In this document: one piece after another, positions 33,346 through 45,949 of the stretch
How positions within the stretch are numbered: the first letter of the stretch is position 1
How the letters are laid out: every line of letters starts with the position of its first letter
Notes under the pieces: generated by a model
Databases searched by the model: none
Told to the model about the DNA's origin: nothing
Seen by the model: only the letters and a program-made list of their open reading frames with translations
Made by a program: the position numbers and the translations under genes
Assembly: GCF_000150275.1 (NCBI RefSeq)
Contig: NW_002060957.1
Coordinates: 606,220 to 670,219, forward strand
DNA from: Trichoplax adhaerens
Lineage: Eukaryota; Animalia; Placozoa
Reading direction: 5' to 3'
Length of the DNA: 64,000 nt

Positions 33346-35989
33346 CTAAAATATTGCCTTTAGAAGTTTATTAACAAAATCCATGTTTTGGTCTCCGGCA
33401 ATAACGATATCATATTTTGCCTTATACGAATCTAACAATTCGTTCACCTAACAAGTATACACATTTTTGAATTTAGAATGCAATCAAATATTGGCATGCA
33501 AAGTGTCTTTGACACATATTGTTATGATATGTCAGCAAAATGCTCTACGTAAAATCAAAGGTTTAAAATCGAATTATACATTTACCTTTGCATTTAGAAA
33601 GCCAATAGAAACTTGATTTCGTAAGTAATCAATACCATCAGCCATATTCAAATCACCTTCCGTATCGCCCATCAATATCAAATTGTAACGTTCCTGTGTA
33701 CATATATGATTACAGAAAGTGCAAGGAGTTAACAATCTATCGTGGTAAGATCGTACCTAGTATGATAATGTTTATTACTTTGTTCTTTTTAAAATAAGAC
33801 GAATTGTGTTTCGAAGCTCTAGTCTTATTAAATGAGTGAATTACATCCTCCTGAAATCCGATAAGACTTCCCTATCCGAATAAAAATGTGCCCTTAATAA
33901 ATCGCAAGTAATCACCATCAAGGTTAAAAGACGAAACGAACTGAACTTTACATCGTCACTATAGATCATCATATTTGACAATATTTCCATATTTTCATAG
34001 AACATCGATTGCTGATGAAACCCTTCTCGGATAATATCTAACTCATTACGCGTATGTAAGTATCAAAATAAAGACAAATAGTTAGCAAACTAACTAAATG
34101 GTATGTAGTATATTGAACCAAATGAGCAAATTAATTGCAAAAATGATAATAAAGAGTTACTTTATAGAGAGCGTAAAATTAGTTACTAAAGCCCCGTCTA
34201 TAAGGTAATCCAACTCTCACCTCCTAAGCCAGCTGATAATATTAATACAGGAATATTATGTCGTTTCAAGGTGGCCATCAGTTCATCCGTTCCCTTTCTG
34301 TAACATAATAACATTAAAAATAGAAAAGGAATGCGTTCAATTAATAATCATTTACAAGATAGTATCGAAGTACTTAAAATAATACATGAGTTAAAGATTT
34401 TAGATGCATTACCGTAAACGTATACTAGACACTTTCAAGAGCTTGCTCAAATCATTTCTGTAAATATTTGCGCTAACCATCAATTTCTCTGCTTCTTTCC
34501 ACCTAAACGTGTAAAATTACATTTCAAATATAATTAGTCATAAATCATTAACAAAAACCAGCAGGGCAGCATAAAAGCTTTATATTTGAAAACGATTTGC
34601 TGTAAACGTTTGCAACTTATAGAGAAATTTCATCGCATACATGTCACTTTTTTATTACAATTCCTAATGCTAACCATGTTGCCATATATGCTGTTTTCTC
34701 TTCAAATGTGTATTTACTAAATAGAAAATTCAAAATTACTATCTGATGTAAAAAACAGCTTTAATACTGGTTTTAAAGACACAAAATAAATTTCCAAATA
34801 TAAAAAATTTTTACTCTGAAATTTCAATCCCATAGTAATAATCTCTCAATGATTCAGCCTAAAATAAAATTGGAACTGATCAGTAAAAGAATTGCATAAG
34901 AAATAGTCTACATGGTAAATACTTAATGTTTGCTGCTTTATTAACTTTGTGTATTTAATCCATATCTCAAAGGATTGAAATCATTAGCGAATTAATATAA
35001 TAGGAATTCACTATAATTCACTGGTAATATACAGTAATAGGCTGCATACTATTAGCGTAGATAGCAGATGTATCAATCACTTATAGAGTATTTTTTGAAT
35101 CATCTAATGAAAATGCAAGACAATTTACATAGTCTGGGTATATGTAATGTAGCAAGACAGCAAGATAAGTTTAGTCTAACCGCGTCTCTTATTTTCTTGT
35201 CAACGAGAGGATTACTATCAATAACGCCTTCATAAAGTAAACCGAGTTAGTAACTTTAAATTTTAAATTAAGAAAAACATTTCAATACTATATTCGAAAG
35301 TAATTTAAGTAGTAAGAATCGTTAGTTTTGCAATTACGATAACGATTTGGATATTGAAATATAGAACATATCAAGGTGAATATTTAGAATACAGTACAAC
35401 AAGTTTCAATTACTGTATGTTAGCGAAATTATAACCAATGAGCATATCATACAAATGCATCGACTTTATATCTATGCTACTACAGTTGCATTTTTTATGA
35501 TATAGATAATTCTGTAAATGAAGCGATATCAAAAAGTCCATAACATTACCAAAGCTTGTGGCAGCTATTTCGCCTTTGTACATACGATATGTTAAGGTCC
35601 AATCATAATCTGTTATAAACTAAAATATATATAATAATGCCAATTATTTGCGGGCCAGTCAAGGTTCCAAAATAAATTTGATCGAAAAGCGGTAGTAGTA
35701 ATTATTCACAGTACCATAATTCAAAATTAACCCTAATCATCTGCAATTACAGTATAAAATTCAATCTATTACATCAAGGACTATTTTGTTATAATGGATT
35801 TCTAAAGATACACAGTTATCCGCTTAATATCTCTACAATAGCATCTAAGTCAACTAAGACAGAAGGATTGACTACTGCTATACAAACCTGAAATTTGTCA
35901 GTTCCATCCTTAGCTATCATCTGTAACTTGGCAATAGTCCCATCAACATCTCTGCAATATACAGCTGCATGTCGTAAGAGATTCCGTAA
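33346..35989 (-). CDS. NT5C3: Cytosolic 5'-nucleotidase III (HAD; cN-IIIB-like), paralogue A; 5' exon(s) unresolved, probably up to ~36750
   Basis: Exons encode FITDYDWTLT (DxD motif I), ATSFG, YYYGIEIS, YMATWW, ILSAGLGD, HSFNK, LMGDTEGD and GFLNAKVNELLDSYKAKYDIVI...*. Confidence 0.9.
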
Positions 35990-38477
35990 CTACAGTAATT
36001 TATCATCAATAAAGAGTTATTAATGCTCTACTACACCGTGGTAAAATGAACGGTAGCAGAGAATTTCTTAACAGCGATAAAGCCATACAAAAGTTACATA
36101 ACATCGAAGTAGTACATTAATTTTACGCTGAGAAGGCACCGACAGCATAAGATTCATGAAATATTACTGTGGAATGTAAATTATTCTGGATAATATTGGT
36201 GGTTATTATACGACAAATTCAATAGTAGATCCATGTTACGCTACAAGTATTTGAAAAATAAGAGACTGCTCCTCTATGTAGGGTATCCTGTACATTGTAC
36301 GATTGCAGCTGCTGCTGCCTGCTACTCTTATCCAACAATAGATCATGATAGCGTAAAATAGCAATCCTACGCTACGACAGCATCACTATCCAACTTTGAA
36401 AGTAATCACATCAACATTACTATAAGCTTGCAGTGAGGCAGAATTAAGTGTTAAACCTATCGTACGCTACTTCCTACAGCTCGCAACAAACAGATACAGT
36501 AGATGCAGTGTCTGCAGATAGAGTTCCTAGTATTATGATAGCATAAAATGTTAATCCTACTACATGATAGCATAAGGAATAAGCCTGTAGTCGTAATAAA
36601 ATGAAATTTGTGATATTGAAAGAGCACAAAATATCCATCCAATAACGTAAGGCATGATACAGACAACGAGGATTGAAGATCGCCGTAGAATTGCTTAATT
36701 GAAGGCAGCGAATATTCTTCATTGTTGATTGAATCAACCACAACTGAATTCGCGACTACACCATCTGTATTTACTGTATACTAGACTCTATGGTTGCTTG
36801 GTGAGGAAAGATCGAGTAGCATGAACTAAAACTCTACTTCACTCTCAGTGCAAACCCATTGCGTGGTCGTCCATGTTATCCCTCTATTTCGCATCATCGT
36901 CACTTGAATAAATATATTTATTGACTAATCTACCGCCATCAACCAACCATAACGAACTACTCAGAGTATTCTAACAGTCTCATTAAGTAAGGAGTCAATC
37001 TATTACCATGGATAATCTCTATTTCTATCATCATAGTCATAGTGATCGAATTACGGCCGATTCTCAGCCATGCTAGCATTTCATTGAGGGTTAATGCAGG
37101 CTGGCTGAACATCTTTAATAACCTTACTAAATTCTAGCTACTCCAAGAACACTCCATACCAAACAAACATCAATGTTTACCGACATCCAGTAGTCTATTT
37201 ATTGACAGGATAATCTCTATCCAGCCTTATACATGTGCATTTATATTAACCCTATCAATTCATCTTCATAAGACTAGAATATCAAACCTGATTGTATAAT
37301 TGTGCGGAAGAACTGCTCGCCATGATTTCTCTTGGAGGTATTTCCAGGTAGTTGCCTGTATGGCACCAAGTAGAATACAGAACAGGAGACTATGCAGGCT
37401 ATATCATGTTTCCTAGCAGGTTTTTGGCCAATTCTAGCTCTCAATCGAAAGTTGCAGCTGAAACTGTCCTGCATTGGCAACACTATGGATTACTATGGCA
37501 CCGTTGGCATGTTTTCGACACTTTATTTTGATCGCCTGACAACTGGATTTGCTGGGCACTATCGAACTCGCCAAATATCCTATTTGCGACTCTGTACTAC
37601 CTGCGGATTTGTAGATGTGTTGCATTACTACTAATATGAGCCCATGGTAGTTGCTAATTGTAGAAATTACAGTATCTAGCATTTCTGTGGACAGCATATC
37701 GATTGAAAATCAGGTAAAAATGGACATAATCAGCAAAGATTACTGTGTGCAAGTGGGAGAGTATTTGATATCGATAAATAGACCACTGTAGTATAACTAA
37801 TTCTTGTCAGTAGAGGTACCAAGTTGAATTACTGTAGTCAAATCGACCTTAACTTGCTATTCAATATATTCAAAACTGCCAGGGATTGCAAATAGCGAAC
37901 GGAACCCAATAATAATAATTCAAAACATTGACTGCATGACCACTTGCCTTGAGCAACTTAGCCATGAATGAAATAATAAATATGATATAAATAATATACT
38001 TTTTCCAAATTATACGGTATAAGTTAAGGTCTTTAATTTTACCAAGTCGAAGAATATTTAATTATACTGTGTGACTCAAGAAATACGATATAAGACAATA
38101 GAACAAGCTGTTAGGCGATCCAATTTTAATCATGCTGGTATAAAATTATAAAATTATTCAATAAGAAGAAAACAAGCTTATGCTTAATTTTTTATACATG
38201 TTATTGTGTATGCGCAATTACATACTGCACAACAAATACGTAATCTAAGTATTACAGTATATCGTAAAGGTAAAATACATGTTAATAAAATAGTTTATCT
38301 ATAAAAATTTACGCAAGAAACCCTAACATCAAGTTCATTGATCACTTTCCAATTCAAGCTATGTATGCAGCCTGAGATCCTACTCGAAAATAAATAATGT
38401 TATGGTATTTGATGAAGAGGAGGATTGACTCAAGTTATAGATGGTCGGACTTTTCTCCAGATCTCCTGCGTGATGGA

Positions 38478-41058
38478 TTAATAGCTACTAACAGCGTGAT
38501 CAAACATAGTCAGCAGGAGTTGATTGACAGATTCCATACTTTCATCCCCAACAATCACAATATCATATAGAGCCATATAAGTATCTAACAGTTCATCCAC
38601 CTTACAAAATGGGTACATTGTGGAGTTAAAAATTCTAGTAAATATGGGCGAATTTGATCCGCATAAATACATCATTAAAAAGCAATCCATTCAGAGCTTT
38701 TTACCAGCTGTATTGTTACCTGTCCATTTAAAAAGCCAATAGTGACTTTATTTCGCGAGTAATCAATGCCATCAGCCATTTGCAAATCTCCTTCTACATC
38801 ACCCATTAAAATGATGTTGTCACGTTCCTATCGATGTATAAATGCAAAAGCAATGAACTTTATCAATATATCAAAGGAGATATCGACATTTATCACATGG
38901 TATGGTTAATTCAGTTACTTTGATCCTTTCAAAATATGACGAATGATACTTTGAAGCTCGAGCCTTATTCCGTGCATGTATGATATCCCCCTGAAAACCG
39001 ACAAGTAGTCCCTGTATGCAGCAATAAAACGATAAAAATATTCCTGATCAATCTCAGACACCGTGAATCCCTGTATTAGTTAAGACTTTCACTATCAATC
39101 TGGATTGAAAGCTGTTGACGAAACTTACATCATCATTAAATTTCATCATATTTGAGAGTACTTCCATATTTTTACGGAATACAGATCTCTGACGAAATCC
39201 TTCTAGGATAATATCTACTCAACAATTAAGTAGTGATACCAGAAACGGCCAATAAAATAGCACCCCAATTGGAAAAAAATTGAATGACAAACATATACAT
39301 AAAATTGTCATCTTGAAAATACTATACGTTGTCTATATAAAATTCCGATAGCATAACTATCACTGATTGTCAATGAATTAAACATTTACCTCCTATACCA
39401 GCAGAAAATATTAATATTGGAATGTTGTACCGATCTAAAAAGGCCATCAATTCCTCAGCTCCTTGCCTTTAATATAGTATTAGACATAATGTCATGAAAA
39501 ATCAATGGATAAATGATATAAAGTATTATTCATTAAAACGTGACATCAACTTCTTTAAGTCAGCGCCTAAAATTGAAGTAGTTTTCTACCGTAAACACAA
39601 ATTAGATGTTTCGATGAGTTTGGGCAGGGACTCTTCATAGATATTTGCATCAACTATCAATTTAAATACTCTTTTCCACCTATACACAATAAAGGAAATA
39701 ATGTTGTTCATAGTAAGACAATGCATTTTTCATCAGCGACAGTTTAGTATGAAGCAACTGACTTTAGAGATAAATAAAGTCCTCATGTATGCTGCAAATT
39801 CCATAAAATCTACTACAATGTAAAGGTGTTGTAATTGTTAAAGATAATACTTGCCAAATTTCCATTTGATTGGATTTCTCTTCTAAAGAATAACTGCTGT
39901 AATTATACCATAATAAGGTATTTCAGAACGTTGTACTGTACTTATAGTTATCCAAGCTTAAAAAATTGGAATAGTCAGCCTACGAACATATCCAATGATA
40001 TTTATACCTTGAAGAAAAAGTTGAAATGTACTGCATTCTTGTAGCAATAATCTATAAAGATAGCAAAAGATGATCCAAAATTTGATGATGCCTCGTTAAT
40101 AATTGGACAGTTTTCGTCCATTAGCAAATGCATGAAATGTTATTACTTTCAAAACTAACAGGATGATAATACAGCAAGCAGTTTGCTATTGCTACGGCAA
40201 AGATTGAAGTATACACCATTGTAAAATATATGATTTTGCAAAAAGAAGTTTGTATAGCATTGGCACCACGTTTAACTGTCATACTGTAAGACGGTAACAT
40301 GCATTAATGTTATTCTTCTAACCTTGTCTCTAATTTCTTTGTCAATTAAAGGATTGGCATATATAACATCTACAAAGCACAGGCAATCTTAGTCCTTCAA
40401 TATTAATTTACCGAACCAATATTTCGATTATTAACGTAATGTATAGCATTTGCATGATAAGACTATTCCCACTATAAAATCAAGAACGATAGGACAGCAT
40501 AGCAATGATATCATACTCTCATAGTTGCATATTGTTTGGTACGCAAGCATGTAGGCTCATCTTCTTACCGAAAGTTGTGGAAGTTATCTCACCATTGTGC
40601 TCAAGGCAGGTTAAAGTCCTATCATAATCGGTAACAAACTAAAATATAGAGAGCAAGGTCAGTTACATTATAGAATATACAATAGAAATAGTACCATGAA
40701 AGACTGCATTTTACATTCTCTAGCTATTAGGAGTGGATACAAATGGCATAGTAACATAGCGGATAGAGTATTTAAGCAGTACGCACTGGTAGATTTACGT
40801 AAGCACTGTATGTGGGTCAATAAATGATTCGTTTTCAATACACCATTTTTTCCATTTTACCTTATGCGCGTGCTACAGTAGTGGCAGTACGTCGTAAATC
40901 ACTATAATGACCATCGATTGTAGTTTGTTAAAAATTAATATCCATAGCATACAAACCTGAAGTTTTCTAGGTCCACCCTTAGCTATAGACTTCAATTTTG
41001 CAAGAGTGCCATCAATGACTCTACAGTGCATCGGTGATTGCTGTAGAAGTTTCCGTAA
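38478..41058 (-). CDS. NT5C3: Cytosolic 5'-nucleotidase III, diverged paralogue B; 5' exon(s) unresolved, probably up to ~41350
   Basis: Same exon layout and phases as paralogue A: FVTDYDRTLT, MEIWW, IFSAGIGD, HARNK, LMGDVEGD and GFLNGQVDELLDTYMALYDIVI...*. The frame is intact if one GC-AG intron is used. Confidence 0.88.
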
Positions 41059-41848
41059 CTACACATTCAATCATTGAAATAATGATGGAAGATTTAATAT
41101 GCTATAAGTTTAAATAGATCTATCCCATTATCCATCCACAGCTATTAGAAAAAGTTGACTTAGTATAATATTATAAAGGTAAATCGAGAATGACACAGCA
41201 TAATTTGTCTTGATATGCTCGTACTTGCATGTAGAGCATCTAGAAAGTCATTTATTATCTGATCATTACTTTCAGAAATATTCGTATTCGTACAATATGC
41301 GAGAGATGCTGAAAGAAGAGTTGACATTGAACAGCATCCACTGAAATGGAAAAGCAAAGCAATCAACACTTGCCTTCTAATTAATAATAATTATTATTAT
41401 ACGGTACTGTACAGCAAGCTGTGGTCAAATAAACAATTTGTTTACTGCGCTACCCTAATGTACAGAAGACGGCTTGCTATCCTATTAGTACAGTACATGC
41501 TCATTCGACTATTTGCAATCAAAGACCAATCTGTCCTCACTATATAGCCCCTTTCGGACTCAATCACTTTACTAGCTCTATGCGTAAAACAGCCTTAGTA
41601 TATCCTCTACTGGCCTCTTCAATGAGCATGAAACGTTGTTATTAACATCAGGCGCTTTAACTACAGTATTGTCGTACCGGCAAAGTAGAATCGAATGTAC
41701 AAGTGTAAATCCTATAACTTGATTTATCCATAAAATAGCAAAAGCGATAATTATTAAGGGCCATGAATCGTCTAGTAAAGTTGAGCAGCAGCAAGCATCA
41801 TTGCTATATTTGTTGGTGTGTTTTAGCTCTTGGCATACTGCATTCAGT

Positions 41849-42236
41849 CATCATGGCTAGGGGAATGCATTCATCTGTAGGAAATAAGCATTAGCCATCA
41901 CCTCGCCATAGGCATATTGTATATTGTAAAGGAATAGCTGATTGATTGCGAGTGCGATCAAAATAGTTCATCAGTCTACTGCTTAAGGCACCGTGTGGCA
42001 ATAAAATGATTGTCATCATAGAGTCATGAATCCATGCTAAAGGCATCATGGCTAGGGAAATGCAACCATCTGTAGGAAATAAGCAGTAGCCATCACCTTG
42101 CCATAGGCATATTGTATATTGTATAGGAATAGCTGATTGATTGCGAGCGCGATCAAAATAGTCCCTCAGTCTACTGCTTAAAGTATAGTGTGGCAATAAA
42201 ATGATTGTCATTATACAGTCATGAATCCATGCTAAA
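41849..42236. repeat. Two-copy 195-bp tandem duplication
   Basis: CATCATGGCTAGGG..ATGCA..CATCTGTAGGAAATAAGCA ... GTCATGAATCCATGCTAAA at 41849 and 42044. Confidence 0.95.
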
Positions 42237-43192
42237 CTCCTATGCAGGCATTAAGTGCATTTTCTAATGGATCATCCTAACCTGGTTGGACAAAGCAGCG
42301 GAAAGAGTTTCTGCCATGATTCTTTTTTCTAATTTCTAGCGGTGTAGTTGCTCGTGTAGTCTCAAAGGATCGGCCGGTACTCCAAAGTTTATGACCTTTC
42401 CTTGTCCAGTACATTTATGCCGAACTTGGGAAGTTGCCGCCCACTGCGACTCCGTGAGGCTTTCCATAACACTGTCCGTAGCAGCGTTGTTGACAAAGCA
42501 ATATTTCATTTTTCCAGGGCACCTTATATCTTACTGCACATCTTAAAGGCATCGAAATGGAAAGCATCGGATGCATTCATTCTTGAGTAGACCAACCACT
42601 TACTTGAACGTATACTGTTCCCTTCAACTAGTGTAAGTTAGTGGTGATGAGGTCGTTTTTTCAGTATATGATAGCTATAGTAAGAGAAGATTTTCTTTTA
42701 CATCGGTGAGGTCGAGGTCACAAGTTCATCACTGTACCTGCAGTAAAAGTGGGTGCAATACAGTAGGAAATGTTATAATTTGAGAGTGAATGGAAATGAA
42801 TCTTTGTTAAAGGCATAGAAATGGACAACATCGTATGATTACGATCATCCGATTGATTTTGTAGCACTGTCGGAGTCAAAATAAGAGCTTGCTTCAGCTT
42901 CTGCAAAATTGATGCTGATAGGTACACGTTGTAACTGTAGTAAGAGAAGATTTTCTAGGCCTTGCTCGCACCCAATACTTGACAAGTCGCTGACTGTATC
43001 TTTCATGTCCATTTGTGATACGTTTTTTATGATAATATAATGTAATTTTTGCAATCAAGCCATCCAATTGGATAGGGATCGATCCTTTCCTCCTCAAGCT
43101 TTGCTTATTGATCGAGGTTTACTTCAGGATTTCCATCAACAGACTGCAAGCTTCTCAGTCACGTGATCATCAGTCCGTGAAGAGAGAACAAT

Positions 43193-44090
43193 GAGTGTCA
43201 TCTGAAACGCATCTGAGACGCACCTTGGGAATGAAGCCATAGGGTTGTCCACTTGACCACGGATCGTCCGTCTTTCCGTAACCCGAGGTGATGATATCAT
43301 CGAGTCGACAGTCTGCAGTTGACATCAGTGATGTCAACACCAGTCTGTTCTTTCCATCCGTCCGTAAAGTAAGCCATCGAGCAGGCATAGGAGTGTCATC
43401 CGAGACGCATCTGAGACGCACCTTGGGAATGAAGCCATAGCGTAGTAGGCTAAGGTCTCAATCTAGGCCACTACCAGTTGTCCACGTGACCACAGATCGT
43501 CCATCTTTCCGTAGCCCGAGGTGACGATGTTATCGAGTCAACAGTCTGTAGTTGACATCACTGATGTCAATACCAGTCTGTTCTTTCCATCCGTCCGTAG
43601 AGTAAGCTATCGAGCAGGCATAGAAGTGTCATCCGAGACGCATCTGAGGCGCACCTTGGGAATGAAGCCATAGCGTAATTGGCTAAGGTCTCAATCTAGG
43701 CGACTACCAGCTGTCCACGTGACCACAGATCGTCCGTCTTTCCGTAGCCCGAGGTGATGATATCATCGAGTCGACAGTCTGGTGTTGACATTGCTGATGT
43801 CAACACCAGTCTGTTCTTTCCATCCGTCCGTAAAGTAAGCCATCGAGCAGGCACAGGAGTGAGTGTTCATCCGAGACGCATCTGAGACGCACCTTGGGAA
43901 TGAAGCCTTAAAAGCGTAGTAGGCTAAGGTCTAGGCGACTACCAGTTGTCCACGTGACCACAGATCGTCCGTCTTTCCGTAACCCGAGGTGATGATGTCA
44001 TCGAGTCAACAGTCTGGAAATGACATCACTGATGTCAACACCAGTCTGTTCTTTCCATCCGTCCGTAGAGTAAGCCACCGAGCAGGCATA
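43193..44090. repeat. GC-rich tandem array, ~233-bp unit, 4 copies (first internally deleted)
   Basis: GACGCATCTGAGACGCACCTTGGGAATGAAGCC ... CCCGAGGTGA ... GTTGACATCAnTGATGTCAAC ... CAGTCTGTTCTTTCCATCCGTCCGTA ... GAGCAGGCA at ~43193, 43391, 43624 and 43861. Confidence 0.97.
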
Positions 44091-45216
44091 CCGTAAATAA
44101 CAATTCCCTATGGGGGGTGGGGACCAAGTGGATAGTGGTACAGTCGACTGTATAGTGTATCGTGTACTCGACCGTGTCCTATACTGTGCCTAGTAATCGA
44201 CATCATGACTCAAGTTGAAGGTCGTCAACGCGTCCCATCGGCCTCCATTAGTCACAATCATTTCTTCCTACCTGCCTTCTCCTTGCCCCCAAAAAAGGCC
44301 AAAATTGGCCTTAAAATTCAAGATTGAAGAATATTGATTGCATTGGTAGCATTAAGGAATATCTTGTAGTCGACTTGATCACTTGAGTCAATCTCAACCT
44401 ACTGGCAGAGTAGACAATCCATCGGATAGTGGAGTATTCCTGGCACAGCGGTGACGCAACGTCGCACTCGCCATTGGCGATCCACGGAACGTGAGCAAAT
44501 TATTATTGCTAGTAAACCACTTGAATAAGCATGATTGTATCTTATGAGTGGCCATCTAAAATCATCTAAAATCATCTAAAATCATTAGCCATTCCCTGGT
44601 AAACCGATTGCCTTCTTGTCCATTCATTTACTCTTGATAGAAGTAATCTACTGACTATCCTCTTGCTTGACAAGGCATATCCTGGTTGTTTGGTGATCGA
44701 TTGGATACGACGATAATTAATCGACTACTTGTTCTATTAGACCATTGGATACTAAGAAACAAGTAAGTAGGGATAGATGGTAGAGAAGAACGAGACCGTA
44801 TCATACAGTAGAATAAGCTGCACAACTACAATCATACCAATAGCAATGAGGTTACTGCATGCCCGTACAGTAGAATAGGCGAGTCGAGTTGGGAGGCGGC
44901 CAGCAGTTGTCCAACATCCAAGTTGTTGAATGCTTGTTGTATCAATCTGCCATCCAATGGGAATGCCAATCCCATCAGTGGCTAGCAATTTCATTATTGA
45001 TCATACTTTGCATAAGATACCACTCGTAGCTTGATAGAGTGCAGTGCAGTTCATCAACCACCGATGCATGTACTTTCGTTTTGCGTAGGGTAATGCTTGA
45101 AATACAACGCTCCTCTGAAACTCTCATCAACTCGATACTCTGATTAACTAGACGTATGCCAAGTTTCTTCCACTGTAAACGTGATAAAAATGATTATGGA
45201 TTCCTTGTTCAGTTGG

Positions 45217-45375
45217 AATCCACGCACAAAGCTGATAGTCTGGTCGTATTTACCCTACATTCCTCTGAATAATGAATCCACTCAATAATCTTGCTAAATT
45301 AAATCCACGCCTAAGCTGATACACACGTCTAGCTTATCCAACATTCCTTTCAATAATCGACTCAGCAATCTTCCG
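45217..45375. repeat. Degenerate two-copy ~85-bp duplication
   Basis: AATCCACGC..AAGCTGATA ... ACATTCCT ... AATAAT ... ACTCA ... AATCTT occurs twice. Confidence 0.65.
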
Positions 45376-45949
45376 AACCTAGTAGTAGGACGAGGCGTTG
45401 CTAGCATATGAGTAGTTTCGTTGTCAATGAAATGCTAACCTGCTACACTAGGTTTTACGCCATAGTTTTCTTCATGATTAACTTCATAGCCGTACTAATA
45501 GACACGTACGTAAATATGGGTAACTAGCTCCATATCGACACAGTTCACAATCCTTTTTTGATATCCAAAGACGCCCTCCATCTTCGTACAGTGCTGAATA
45601 GATCATCCTACTTTACGATCAAGTCAATCATTCGTTAATCAATAAATCTTAGTAACACACATGTAGGTATTGTTAGTTCTCTTCTGGCTTTCAATCAAAC
45701 TACCGTTGGATACATTGCCTTCGATTAAATTCTTCCTAATTATAATTATCATCGACACCGCAATCGGGCAAAGAGGCTACGCATAACACCCATATTTGTA
45801 TACTTCATTATACGCGTACTTAACTCAATAATTAATCTTACCAACTTTGACGCATTTAGAGTCGAATCCTTTTGCATTTTCGTAAACAATTATTGTTTCT
45901 TCAAATCCATCATAGGCTGATCAATACGGTGGTAACAACCAACAACAAT

